From contig OZ220488.1 in the NCBI GenBank assembly GCA_965116155.1, positions 1,496,318 to 1,560,317 on the forward strand: a DNA stretch of 64,000 nucleotides, written 5' to 3'. Shown here piece by piece: positions 18,365 through 26,442 of this stretch. A program made the translations under genes and the position numbers. The notes under the pieces were generated by a model, which had not been told where the DNA came from, did no database searches, and worked only from the letters and a program-made list of their open reading frames with translations. Every line of letters begins with the position of its first letter. The stretch's first letter is position 1. This DNA is from Bdellovibrionales bacterium (GTDB lineage Bacteria; Bdellovibrionota; Bdellovibrionia; Bdellovibrionales; UBA1609).

Positions 18365-19754
18365 CTTTGCAGAGCTCTTACGCGCCCTAGGCGACCACCC
18401 AGTTGTTGCGCGCTCCACACTCCACAATAAACCAACAGCCTTTTGTGGTGTTAGCACCGATACCCGTGCGGAGCTAAGTGGTAAAGTCTTTTTTGCACTT
18501 AAGGGGCCCAACTTTGATGGGCACGATTTTTTGGATACCGCAGTACAAAAAGGCGCACATTATCTCGTGGTAGAAAAAACCCCACGCGTCGCTATCGCGG
18601 CCGCTAAGCTTGCAGGTGCTGCGGTTATTAAAGTGCCCAGCACTTTGCGCGCGTTGCAAAATTTGGCCTCTTTTTGGCGCGAGCGGCTCACGCGTACAAC
18701 AGTGGTCGGCATAACAGGCACTAACGGCAAAACTTCTACCAAGTGCCTTGCCCACTCTATTTGTGCGCCCTTTTTAAAAAGCTACAAAAGCCGCGCCAGT
18801 TTTAACAACCACATTGGCGTGCCTTTGGCCTTGCTCGATACACCTCTTGAAACGCAGGTGGCTTTTTTAGAGCTCGGCATAAGCGCCCCCAACGAAATGC
18901 CCGCGCTTTGCCGCATAGCAAGCCCTCACATAGTGTGCGTTACTAACGTTGGACAGGGGCATTTAGAAAATTTTAAATCCATCGATGCCCTCGCAGAGGC
19001 CAAGGCTCAAATTTATACCCACTCTCCTTTAGCGCGGGTGCGGATTTTTAATCTCGACAACTCCTTTACTCAAACGATGTACCAGCAATACCAACCCCTA
19101 GGGTCAAGTGTGCTTTACTCTGCCCACAAGCCCGAGGCAGATGTATGCTTTAAAGGCACAGCACATGGATTGGGATCTATGCAAATAACAGGGCGCGTGC
19201 AAAATGCCTTGTCTCAATCCCGTGTGCCCTTTAGTGGCGAACACAATGTGCAAAACCTTATGGCGGCAAGCAGCATAGCTTTGGCTTTAAATTTAAAACC
19301 CCAACAGATTTGGCAAGCTTTGTCCGGGGCGAAGCTTCCTTTGCAAAGGGGGCAAATTATGCCCGGGGGGGCGGGATTTGATGTTTTTTTTGACGCTTAC
19401 AATGCCAATCCCAGTAGTATGCAGGCCTTTTTACATCAGCTAGCATACACGCCTCAGCTGGGCCTTATATTGGGCGAAATGCTCGAGCTAGGGCCGGGCC
19501 TCTCTGCCAAGGCTCATTTTGAGCTGGGGGTGGCAGTGGCAAAGCTTAAGCCTGTGGCGGTGGTGTTTGTGGGTGCAAGTTGTGAAAGCTTTTTAAAAGG
19601 CTTGGGAGACAGCACCACGCATTATGTGGCGCCAAATGTTACGGAGGATTTTTTGCGAACCAGCACCACGGCACTAAGGGGTTTGGGGCTTAAAACCCTG
19701 GCTCTTAAAGCCTCGCGCGGCATGCAGCTTGAAAGATTTCTACGGCATCTATGA
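18348..19754 (+). CDS. murF: UDP-N-acetylmuramoyl-tripeptide--D-alanyl-D-alanine ligase
   Basis: GITGTNGKTSTK, ELGISAPNEM, DAYNANPSSM. The ATG at 18348 (MACALNFAELL) overlaps the murE end by 17 nt. The last codons and stop lie inside a module-C repeat. Confidence 0.9.
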   Translation: MACALNFAELLRALGDHPVVARSTLHNKPTAFCGVSTDTRAELSGKVFFALKGPNFDGHDFLDTAVQKGAHYLVVEKTPRVAIAAAKLAGAAVIKVPSTLRALQNLASFWRERLTRTTVVGITGTNGKTSTKCLAHSICAPFLKSYKSRASFNNHIGVPLALLDTPLETQVAFLELGISAPNEMPALCRIASPHIVCVTNVGQGHLENFKSIDALAEAKAQIYTHSPLARVRIFNLDNSFTQTMYQQYQPLGSSVLYSAHKPEADVCFKGTAHGLGSMQITGRVQNALSQSRVPFSGEHNVQNLMAASSIALALNLKPQQIWQALSGAKLPLQRGQIMPGGAGFDVFFDAYNANPSSMQAFLHQLAYTPQLGLILGEMLELGPGLSAKAHFELGVAVAKLKPVAVVFVGASCESFLKGLGDSTTHYVAPNVTEDFLRTSTTALRGLGLKTLALKASRGMQLERFLRHL

Positions 19755-19872
19755 GCCTGTAGCCTTGGACGATTTTTAGGTCCAAGGTGACCACGCTTGC
19801 GTCAAGGCCTCGTGCCTTTAAAGTGATACTGGACGCTTTGGGGCTAGAGGGCCCCCAAAGCTGCTGGCGCTT
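19748..19872. repeat. module C plus family-D right flank
   Basis: ctatgagcctgtagccttggacgatttttaggtccaaggtgaccacg...cgtcaagg, then gctggcgcttttatccttgcg (compare gctggcgcttttatgcttacgc at 37087 and 48998). Confidence 0.8.
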
Positions 19873-21597
19873 TTATCCTTGCGGGCCAAGCTCTTTCAAC
19901 TCCAGCTCAATATCTTGTAGCTTGGTTTTTGCTTCTTCAATCTGGTGGGTGATTGTTTTTATTTCTTCTAGAGGCGTGCTACTCATAAGCTCATTAAAGT
20001 CAATCTTCGCACTGTGCGCATAGTGAGGATAAGGAGCATCTTTATATTCAGTAGTTAAAAACAACCACTGGTTTTGCCCAAAGTGTATTACCTTCTTTGG
20101 CCATTGCACAGCGCTAAGCGTGGAGGACAAGGGCGCCCCGCCCTTAATATCATAAATGTAAAAACCGGCAGCGCCTCTATTAATCTCATCGATCTTATGA
20201 GTAAAATCATCAGAGTAAAAAGGGGGACGCTCAGCTGTAACAATATAGGAGCCTGATGCATCTACTGCAGCATCCACAAATATGTTTCCGCTATTTAAAG
20301 CACTAGGCTCAATTTTCAAAGTGGTTTTAGAAACAGCTCTATTTGGTGTTTTATAGGAAGTAGAAAACTTAAACACGCTCAAAATGTTTTGACCCTTGTT
20401 TAAAGACACTCCATAAATATTGCCGCTGTTATCAACCGATACAAGCCTGTCGAATTTGTTTTTAAAGCCTTTGATATAATGAGCTTGTCTAGATTTAAGA
20501 TCAACAACAAAGGCCGATTTTGATTTTGGGTATATAGAAATTAGCTTTCTGCCCGTAAAAAAAGACCTAGGGGCCTCTTGGGTATCATCTAGGATTTTGT
20601 TAAACATTTCGGATATTGCATTTGTTGTTGTTTTTTTTGAGTAAATTCTAAAATGATTTATATCAAGCGCAGTACGGGTTTTCATAGAAAGGGGCAGCAA
20701 CGTAACCTTTGCAGCATCAAAATCTACAATAACAAACCTGTTTTTATCTAAGTCATCCGCCACCAAGATCTTTGCATCTGCTATATGTGCCATATGTGAA
20801 ATAGACGCACTCTTTGCATTATTTATAGTGAGCGCTCTAGTAGATATATGGCCCTCTGTTTTTGCACAAAATGCTACAATGTCTCCATTATTATCTATAA
20901 CAGTATGCCAATTGCGATAGCGCATCGACTCTTTCACCTCGGTAGAAGATCCACTAAAAAAATTTTTTCCATTAGGGTGCAATAGTGTCTCTTTGTCCCA
21001 TAATGCAATGGAGTCCTTTTTATAATCCATTGCCACGCGAGGCGCGTCTGCCCATTCCCATGGGCCATCAAATTTTGCTTCTACAAAACTAAATCGCTTG
21101 CCAAGTTGTGTTTTGTGGCTTTCATAGGTTTCTATATTTTTAATCAGCGCCTCGCGCTCGTGCTTAAGTTCTGCTAAGGTTTTTTGCTTTTTGTTTTCAG
21201 TCACCTCAAGATTTGCAGCCACTTTTGACACCAAAGCTTCTACTTCAATAAGCGCCGCTTTATGCTGATCTTTAGATAGTTGCTCTTGAAGCTGCTTGTC
21301 TAACACATCATAAGCCGCCCTTAAGCCTATGTCCTCAGCCTTGCGCTGAGATTGCTTGCCTTTATGTAAAAGCTTGTTCTTACTAAGCTCCATTTTGATT
21401 GCAGCCATGCGTTTAATAATTTTGTCGTAAGGTTTTTGATCCAGCAACTTCTCACATGTTGCTGCGCCTTTAGCTGGCGCATGGTTAATTGCAGCATCAT
21501 CCTTAGCGAAGGCTGACGCGCTAACACATAAGGCCAAGCATAATAAGGCCAAGCATTTTAGTGCTTTTATAAAAATGGGACTGTGTTTTTCTGTCAC
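19873..21597 (-). CDS. family-1 paralog a: secreted coiled-coil protein with a non-helical C-terminal body (fold unassigned)
   Basis: The maximal ORF runs to 21708. A GTG at 21597 (GGAG 11 nt upstream) gives MTEKHSPIFIKALKCLALLCLALCVSASAFAKDD and 574 aa, the same length as paralog b. Both ATGs used by paralog c are mutated here. Confidence 0.65.
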   Translation of the reverse strand: MTEKHSPIFIKALKCLALLCLALCVSASAFAKDDAAINHAPAKGAATCEKLLDQKPYDKIIKRMAAIKMELSKNKLLHKGKQSQRKAEDIGLRAAYDVLDKQLQEQLSKDQHKAALIEVEALVSKVAANLEVTENKKQKTLAELKHEREALIKNIETYESHKTQLGKRFSFVEAKFDGPWEWADAPRVAMDYKKDSIALWDKETLLHPNGKNFFSGSSTEVKESMRYRNWHTVIDNNGDIVAFCAKTEGHISTRALTINNAKSASISHMAHIADAKILVADDLDKNRFVIVDFDAAKVTLLPLSMKTRTALDINHFRIYSKKTTTNAISEMFNKILDDTQEAPRSFFTGRKLISIYPKSKSAFVVDLKSRQAHYIKGFKNKFDRLVSVDNSGNIYGVSLNKGQNILSVFKFSTSYKTPNRAVSKTTLKIEPSALNSGNIFVDAAVDASGSYIVTAERPPFYSDDFTHKIDEINRGAAGFYIYDIKGGAPLSSTLSAVQWPKKVIHFGQNQWLFLTTEYKDAPYPHYAHSAKIDFNELMSSTPLEEIKTITHQIEEAKTKLQDIELELKELGPQG

Positions 21598-21787
21598 CTT
21601 TGACTTGGCTCCTATCGCGGGCCTCTGGCTGGGTACTGGGCTCACTTGTACTTTGCGGAGACCTTTTGGGTCAATACGTGTTGCACTGTGCCTTGTCTCG
21701 ATGGCCACGGCCTCGTTATAAAATGGGGGGAGCTCGAAGGGGGCTAGTGCTGCGCGATAAACCGACTGACTTTTAGGGTAATGCCAA

Positions 21788-22867
21788 ATGTTCTATGAAT
21801 GGCTTTATGCGTTTTCAGACAGCCTGCCGAGCCTTAACGTTTTTAAGTACATTACGGTTAGGGCGTTTTTGAGTTTTTTTATGAGCTTTGGGGTGTTTTA
21901 CTTTTTGGCGCCTTTTTTTATAGCAAAGCTCAAACAAAACAAACTGCGCCAAAAAATCCGAGACGACTGGGCCCAAGAGTCCGCCCCCTCTAAAAAACAA
22001 GCCGTCACCATGGGGGGGGTGCTTATTATCCTTAGCAGCCTGGTAGCGGCTTTGTTTTGGGTGGATATTACCAACCCTTTGGTGCTGTGCAGCATTGGCG
22101 TGTGTATAAGTTTTGGCTTGGTCGGTTTTTGGGACGACCGCCTTAAGGTACTGAGCCAGAGCACCCGAGGGCTTAGCATGCGAGCGCGGCTGCTAATAGA
22201 GTTTGGGATTGGCATTTGTGCCTTAGGGGCGCTTTATTACGCTGGGGCTTTGCCAACTGGCATTAGCCTGCCTTTTTTTAAGCACAGCCACATACCCCTT
22301 GGGGGTTTTTATATTTTGTGGGGAGCTTTTGTTATTGTGGCCAGCGCCAATGCGGTTAATATGACCGATGGTTTGGATGGGTTGGCCGTGGTGCCGGTTA
22401 TGGTGTGTATTAGCACCTTGATGGTTTTTGCTTACGTAGCTGGACACTTTAACATAGCCCAGTACCTGTACATACCTTTTGTGGCAGGCGCGGGGGAGCT
22501 TGTACCCTTGGGTGCTGGAGTGGTGGCGGCTTGCATGGGCTTTTTGTGGTTTAACGCTTACCCTGCTACTGTGTTTATGGGCGATGTGGGGAGCTTGAGC
22601 TTGGGGTCTTTTATAGGTATTAGCGCCCTTTTGAGCCGGCAGGAGCTCTTGCTAGTGGTTTTGGGTGGGGTCTTTGTGGTAGAAGCAGGGTCGTCGCTGG
22701 TGCAGATTTTGCATTTTAAACTCACACGGCAGCGCATTTTACCTGTGGCTCCTTTGCACCATTATTTTGAAATGCAAGGGGTGAGTGAGAACAAAATTGT
22801 GGTACGCTTTTGGATTATTTCTGTACTGTTAGCCGTTTTGAGTCTCAGTGCCCTAAAGTTGCGCTAA
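21788..22867 (+). CDS. mraY: phospho-N-acetylmuramoyl-pentapeptide transferase
   Basis: 359 aa polytopic protein. NAVNMTDGLDGLA and FMGDVGSLSLG motifs. Confidence 0.92.
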   Translation: MFYEWLYAFSDSLPSLNVFKYITVRAFLSFFMSFGVFYFLAPFFIAKLKQNKLRQKIRDDWAQESAPSKKQAVTMGGVLIILSSLVAALFWVDITNPLVLCSIGVCISFGLVGFWDDRLKVLSQSTRGLSMRARLLIEFGIGICALGALYYAGALPTGISLPFFKHSHIPLGGFYILWGAFVIVASANAVNMTDGLDGLAVVPVMVCISTLMVFAYVAGHFNIAQYLYIPFVAGAGELVPLGAGVVAACMGFLWFNAYPATVFMGDVGSLSLGSFIGISALLSRQELLLVVLGGVFVVEAGSSLVQILHFKLTRQRILPVAPLHHYFEMQGVSENKIVVRFWIISVLLAVLSLSALKLR

Positions 22868-22908
22868 ACTCCAAAACAGTTAGAAGGCAATAAATAAAAG
22901 GCAAAAAA

Positions 22909-24294
22909 ATGGAAGCATCTGAACTAAAAAACAAACGCATACTCATTGTGGGCCTTGGTCAGACAGGGCTAAGCTTAGCCCACTGGCTTGTAAGGCAAAA
23001 GGCCAAGGTGACTGTGAGTGATCACAAGTCTAAGGCGGAGCTAAGCGAGTCTTTAGAGAAGCTGAACCCTATTATGAAAGAGGTCAACTTGGCCTTGGGG
23101 GGGCACAGCCCGAAAGTGTTTTTAGACCAAGACCTTGTGATTTTAAGCCCTGGGGTATCGCCTCATTTGCGCATTTTTGATTATATCAGCAGCCATGGAG
23201 TGCAAGTAACAGGCGAGCTAGAATTTGCTGCACAATTTGTAAAAGAGCCCATGGTGGCTATTACGGGCACTAACGGAAAAACCACCACCGCATATTTAAC
23301 GGCCCATATGCTAAAGCGTAGCAACAAAAAGGTTTGGCTCGGTGGCAATTATGGGTCACCCTTGTGCAATTACTTGTTACACAGAGAAAAAGCCGACGTG
23401 GCTGTGGTAGAGATGTCTAGCTTTCAGTTAGAAAATGTCCAAAAGCTAGCTCCACAAACGGTGGTGTTTACTAATTTGTCACAGGGGCACCAAGACCGGC
23501 ACCGCAGTATGGAGGACTATATTGCAGCCAAGCGCAAAATTTTTCTTAACACCAGCGCCAATACCACCAGCATACTCAATGCTGACGACGATGCTGTGGT
23601 AGAGCTCGCCCGTGATCCCAAGGTGCAAAAGGGGAAGATTTTTTATTTTTCATGCAAGCCTGCCTTGGAGCCTCAGATTATGAACATTGGGGGGTGCGTA
23701 AAAATTGGCTCTCAGGTGCGTGTGCGCACGGGGCCCGAGATTGAATACTTTGATGTTGAGCATATGCGGGCCAAGGGCTCTTATATGGCAGAGAACCTTA
23801 TGGCTGCAACCTTAGCCGCTAGAGAGTTTGGCGCCACCCACGAAGCCATTGACCATGTGATTAATAATTTTTCTGGCCTCACGCACCGTTTGGAGTATGT
23901 GCGTAAAGTGGGAGGGGTGGAGTTTTACAATGACTCTAAGTCTACTAATCCCAAGGCGGTCGAAAGGGCTTTGGAGTCTTTTGGCGAGAACGTAATTTTA
24001 ATTATGGGCGGTAAAGACTCGCAAATGGACTACTCCTTGTTGCAGAAACAAATTTTACAAAAAGTAAAAACCCTATTCCTGGTAGGCGAGGCCAAAGAGC
24101 GGATCAATCGTGACATAGGCGATTGCTCTGAGACGTTTTTAATTGGCACCTTTGACGAAGCCGTGTTTACCGCGTTTAAAAAAAGCCGCATAGGTGACAC
24201 CGTGCTGCTAAGCCCAGGGTGCTCGTCGTATGATCTTTTTGCCAGCTACATAGAGCGGGGGAACTATTTTAAAAAACTCGTGCGAGATTTTTAG
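22909..24294 (+). CDS. murD: UDP-N-acetylmuramoylalanine--D-glutamate ligase
   Basis: ILIVGLGQTGLSLA Rossmann start, ITGTNGKTTTAYL, NDSKSTNP, SPGCSSYDLF. Confidence 0.9.
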   Translation: MEASELKNKRILIVGLGQTGLSLAHWLVRQKAKVTVSDHKSKAELSESLEKLNPIMKEVNLALGGHSPKVFLDQDLVILSPGVSPHLRIFDYISSHGVQVTGELEFAAQFVKEPMVAITGTNGKTTTAYLTAHMLKRSNKKVWLGGNYGSPLCNYLLHREKADVAVVEMSSFQLENVQKLAPQTVVFTNLSQGHQDRHRSMEDYIAAKRKIFLNTSANTTSILNADDDAVVELARDPKVQKGKIFYFSCKPALEPQIMNIGGCVKIGSQVRVRTGPEIEYFDVEHMRAKGSYMAENLMAATLAAREFGATHEAIDHVINNFSGLTHRLEYVRKVGGVEFYNDSKSTNPKAVERALESFGENVILIMGGKDSQMDYSLLQKQILQKVKTLFLVGEAKERINRDIGDCSETFLIGTFDEAVFTAFKKSRIGDTVLLSPGCSSYDLFASYIERGNYFKKLVRDF

Positions 24295-24302
24295 AACTTT
24301 TT

Positions 24303-24776
24303 TTAGAACTTAAAGTTTAAAATTTCGTACTCTTTTTCGCCCTTAGGGCTCAAAAAAACCACGTTATCCCCTTTGCGTTTGCCAATAATAGCGCGGGCCA
24401 GTGGAGAGAACACCGATATTTTTCCCTTTAGCACATCGGCTTCGTCTTCGCCTACAATTTTGTACACTGCTTTGGTTTCCGTTTCAGCGTCTTCTAGTTC
24501 TACAGTGGCACCAAACATAATGGTGTCGGACTGTATCTGAGAGGTGTCGACCACTTCGGCATTGGCGATCTTGTTTTGTATTTCGCCTATGCGCGACTCA
24601 CAAAAAGCCTGGCGCTCTTTTGCTGCGTCGTAGTCCGCATTTTCACTCAGGTCTCCATGGCCGCGCGCTTCTTCAATAGCCTGTATCACGGCCGGTCGTT
24701 CCACTTTAAGCAGGTGCCGCAGCTCTGCTTCTAGCTGTGCCTTGCCTTCAATAGTCATGGGTTGTTTGTTTAGCAT
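24303..24776 (-). CDS. greA: transcription elongation factor GreA
   Basis: 157 aa. MT..G...L..EL..L....RP.V...I..AR..GDLSENA.Y.AAKE pattern and a C-terminal SP.ARA.IGK block. Confidence 0.92.
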   Translation of the reverse strand: MLNKQPMTIEGKAQLEAELRHLLKVERPAVIQAIEEARGHGDLSENADYDAAKERQAFCESRIGEIQNKIANAEVVDTSQIQSDTIMFGATVELEDAETETKAVYKIVGEDEADVLKGKISVFSPLARAIIGKRKGDNVVFLSPKGEKEYEILNFKF

Positions 24777-25014
24777 AGTCGCTCCTCGTATGTACTAGTC
24801 GTATATAGTATTCCCCCAAACGCCCCCCGCCCCAAACGCACCACCCAAAACGCACCAGAAGACACATCAGCAGATGCGCCCACTTGCGCGCGCCCCGTTT
24901 GCAGGGCGCATTTTAGCCACAATAAAACAAAAAACACAAGCCCCATTAAGTATTAGGCGTATTAAGGACTAATTATTGCGCCATCATCAGGGCGCATTCT
25001 ATAAAAAACACCAT

Positions 25015-26442
25015 ATGCCCCGATTTAAAAACCCTATCTGGCTAAAACAGCTTGCACCAAAAGGATCAAAAGCTAAAGCTGAGCTCAGCGAGGGCGGCCT
25101 GTATCGGCGTTTAAAGCCCTTGTTGGCGTCTTCTGACCCTAAGCCCTTGCAACAACTGCTAGAGAGCCTGACGGCGGCTCAGTTAGCACCCCTGGGGCTT
25201 GCGCTAAGCGCACAGGAGCTTAGGCTGCTATTTTTGCAACTATTAAAAACGCAAAAAGCCTCTCTCGTAATTGACAAAACCCCTGCGCGTTTTAGAGAGG
25301 AGCTTTTTGAAAAGCTCGACCTCGGGGTTTTAAAAAAGGTCATGCAAGAGGCCAGCGTGGAAGATATCGCCTCTTGGTACGACGAGGAAGCCACACTGCA
25401 TACCCAAGCGCCTCAGTGGTTTAAAAATCTTCCCCGCACACGCCAGGCCAAGGTGCGTTTGTTTTTAATGTACCCTGAGTCGAGTGTGGGTCGGCTTATT
25501 CAACCTGAGGTGTTTGCGCTGCCCACGGATATTAGTGTGCGGGAGGCCTTAAGGCTTTATCGCAAAGGTGCGCAAAGCCAGGAGGGGTTTTATTACATTT
25601 ACTGCGTGAACGAGCAAAAGCAGCTACAGGGAGTTTTGTCTTTAAAGGAGCTTGTTACAGCGCCTTATGAACAGAGCATTTTGCAGCAGATTACTAAAAA
25701 TCCCATTACGGTTAATGCTCTTGACAGTGTCGATACTGCGGCGCGCTTAATTGCAGATCACGACTTTATTGCCTTGCCTGTTGTGGATCAAAGGCAGGTG
25801 TTACTGGGTGTGATTAATGTGGATGACATTTTGGATGTCATTCAAGAGCAAGCCACACAGGATGTCTATGCGCAGGTGGGGCTAAAAAAAGACGACCGTG
25901 TTTTTTCTCCTATAAAAAGCAAAATCGCAACCCGTTTGCCTTGGATGTTTTTAAACCTAGGGCTGGCGGCTTTAGCCAGCAGTGTGGTGGGCTTGTTCGA
26001 GGGCACTATGCAGCAGCTCATTGTGCTAGCAACGTTAAAAAATATCGTAGCCGGCGTGAGTGGCAACACAGCAATACAGAGCCTTACGCTTATTACTAGG
26101 GGGATTTCTATGGGTGATTTTGCTTATATTAAGCGCTTTAAAGTGGTGCTTAACGAGCTGGCAGTGGGGGCTGTTTTAGGCGTAGTGTTGGGCCTTGGAG
26201 CCGCGGTGTTGATTTTTTTGTGGCAAAAAAGTTTGTTTGTGTCTACGGTTATTGGGCTGTCGATGTTTTGTAACTCTATTGTGGCGAGTTTATTTGGGTC
26301 TTTGGTGCCTTTGGGCTTAAGGCGCCTTAATTTCGACCCTGCTGTGGGGAGTGGAGTGCTCGTCACCACTGTGACGGATATATTTAGCTTTTTCTCTTTC
26401 TTAGGAATTGCAAATTTAGCTCTTAAAGCTCTAGCTGCGTAA
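25015..26442 (+). CDS. mgtE: magnesium transporter MgtE
   Basis: N-terminal helical domain, CBS pair (ALPVVDQRQVLLGVINVDDILDVI), then five C-terminal TM helices. First ATG at 25015; the ORF opens at TTG 24976. Confidence 0.85.
   Translation: MPRFKNPIWLKQLAPKGSKAKAELSEGGLYRRLKPLLASSDPKPLQQLLESLTAAQLAPLGLALSAQELRLLFLQLLKTQKASLVIDKTPARFREELFEKLDLGVLKKVMQEASVEDIASWYDEEATLHTQAPQWFKNLPRTRQAKVRLFLMYPESSVGRLIQPEVFALPTDISVREALRLYRKGAQSQEGFYYIYCVNEQKQLQGVLSLKELVTAPYEQSILQQITKNPITVNALDSVDTAARLIADHDFIALPVVDQRQVLLGVINVDDILDVIQEQATQDVYAQVGLKKDDRVFSPIKSKIATRLPWMFLNLGLAALASSVVGLFEGTMQQLIVLATLKNIVAGVSGNTAIQSLTLITRGISMGDFAYIKRFKVVLNELAVGAVLGVVLGLGAAVLIFLWQKSLFVSTVIGLSMFCNSIVASLFGSLVPLGLRRLNFDPAVGSGVLVTTVTDIFSFFSFLGIANLALKALAA

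Noticed and set aside
21327-21527. Conserved small ORF MLARQPSLRMMLQLTM..., also at 27910-28107 and 29946-30161
   Set aside because: It is an alternate frame inside the conserved 5' region of the three family-1 genes. Its conservation is a by-product of DNA identity between the paralogs.
24777-25014. M-box (Mg2+) riboswitch upstream of mgtE
   Set aside because: No recognisable M-box conserved segments. The region is dominated by the C-rich repeat and an A-rich stretch.
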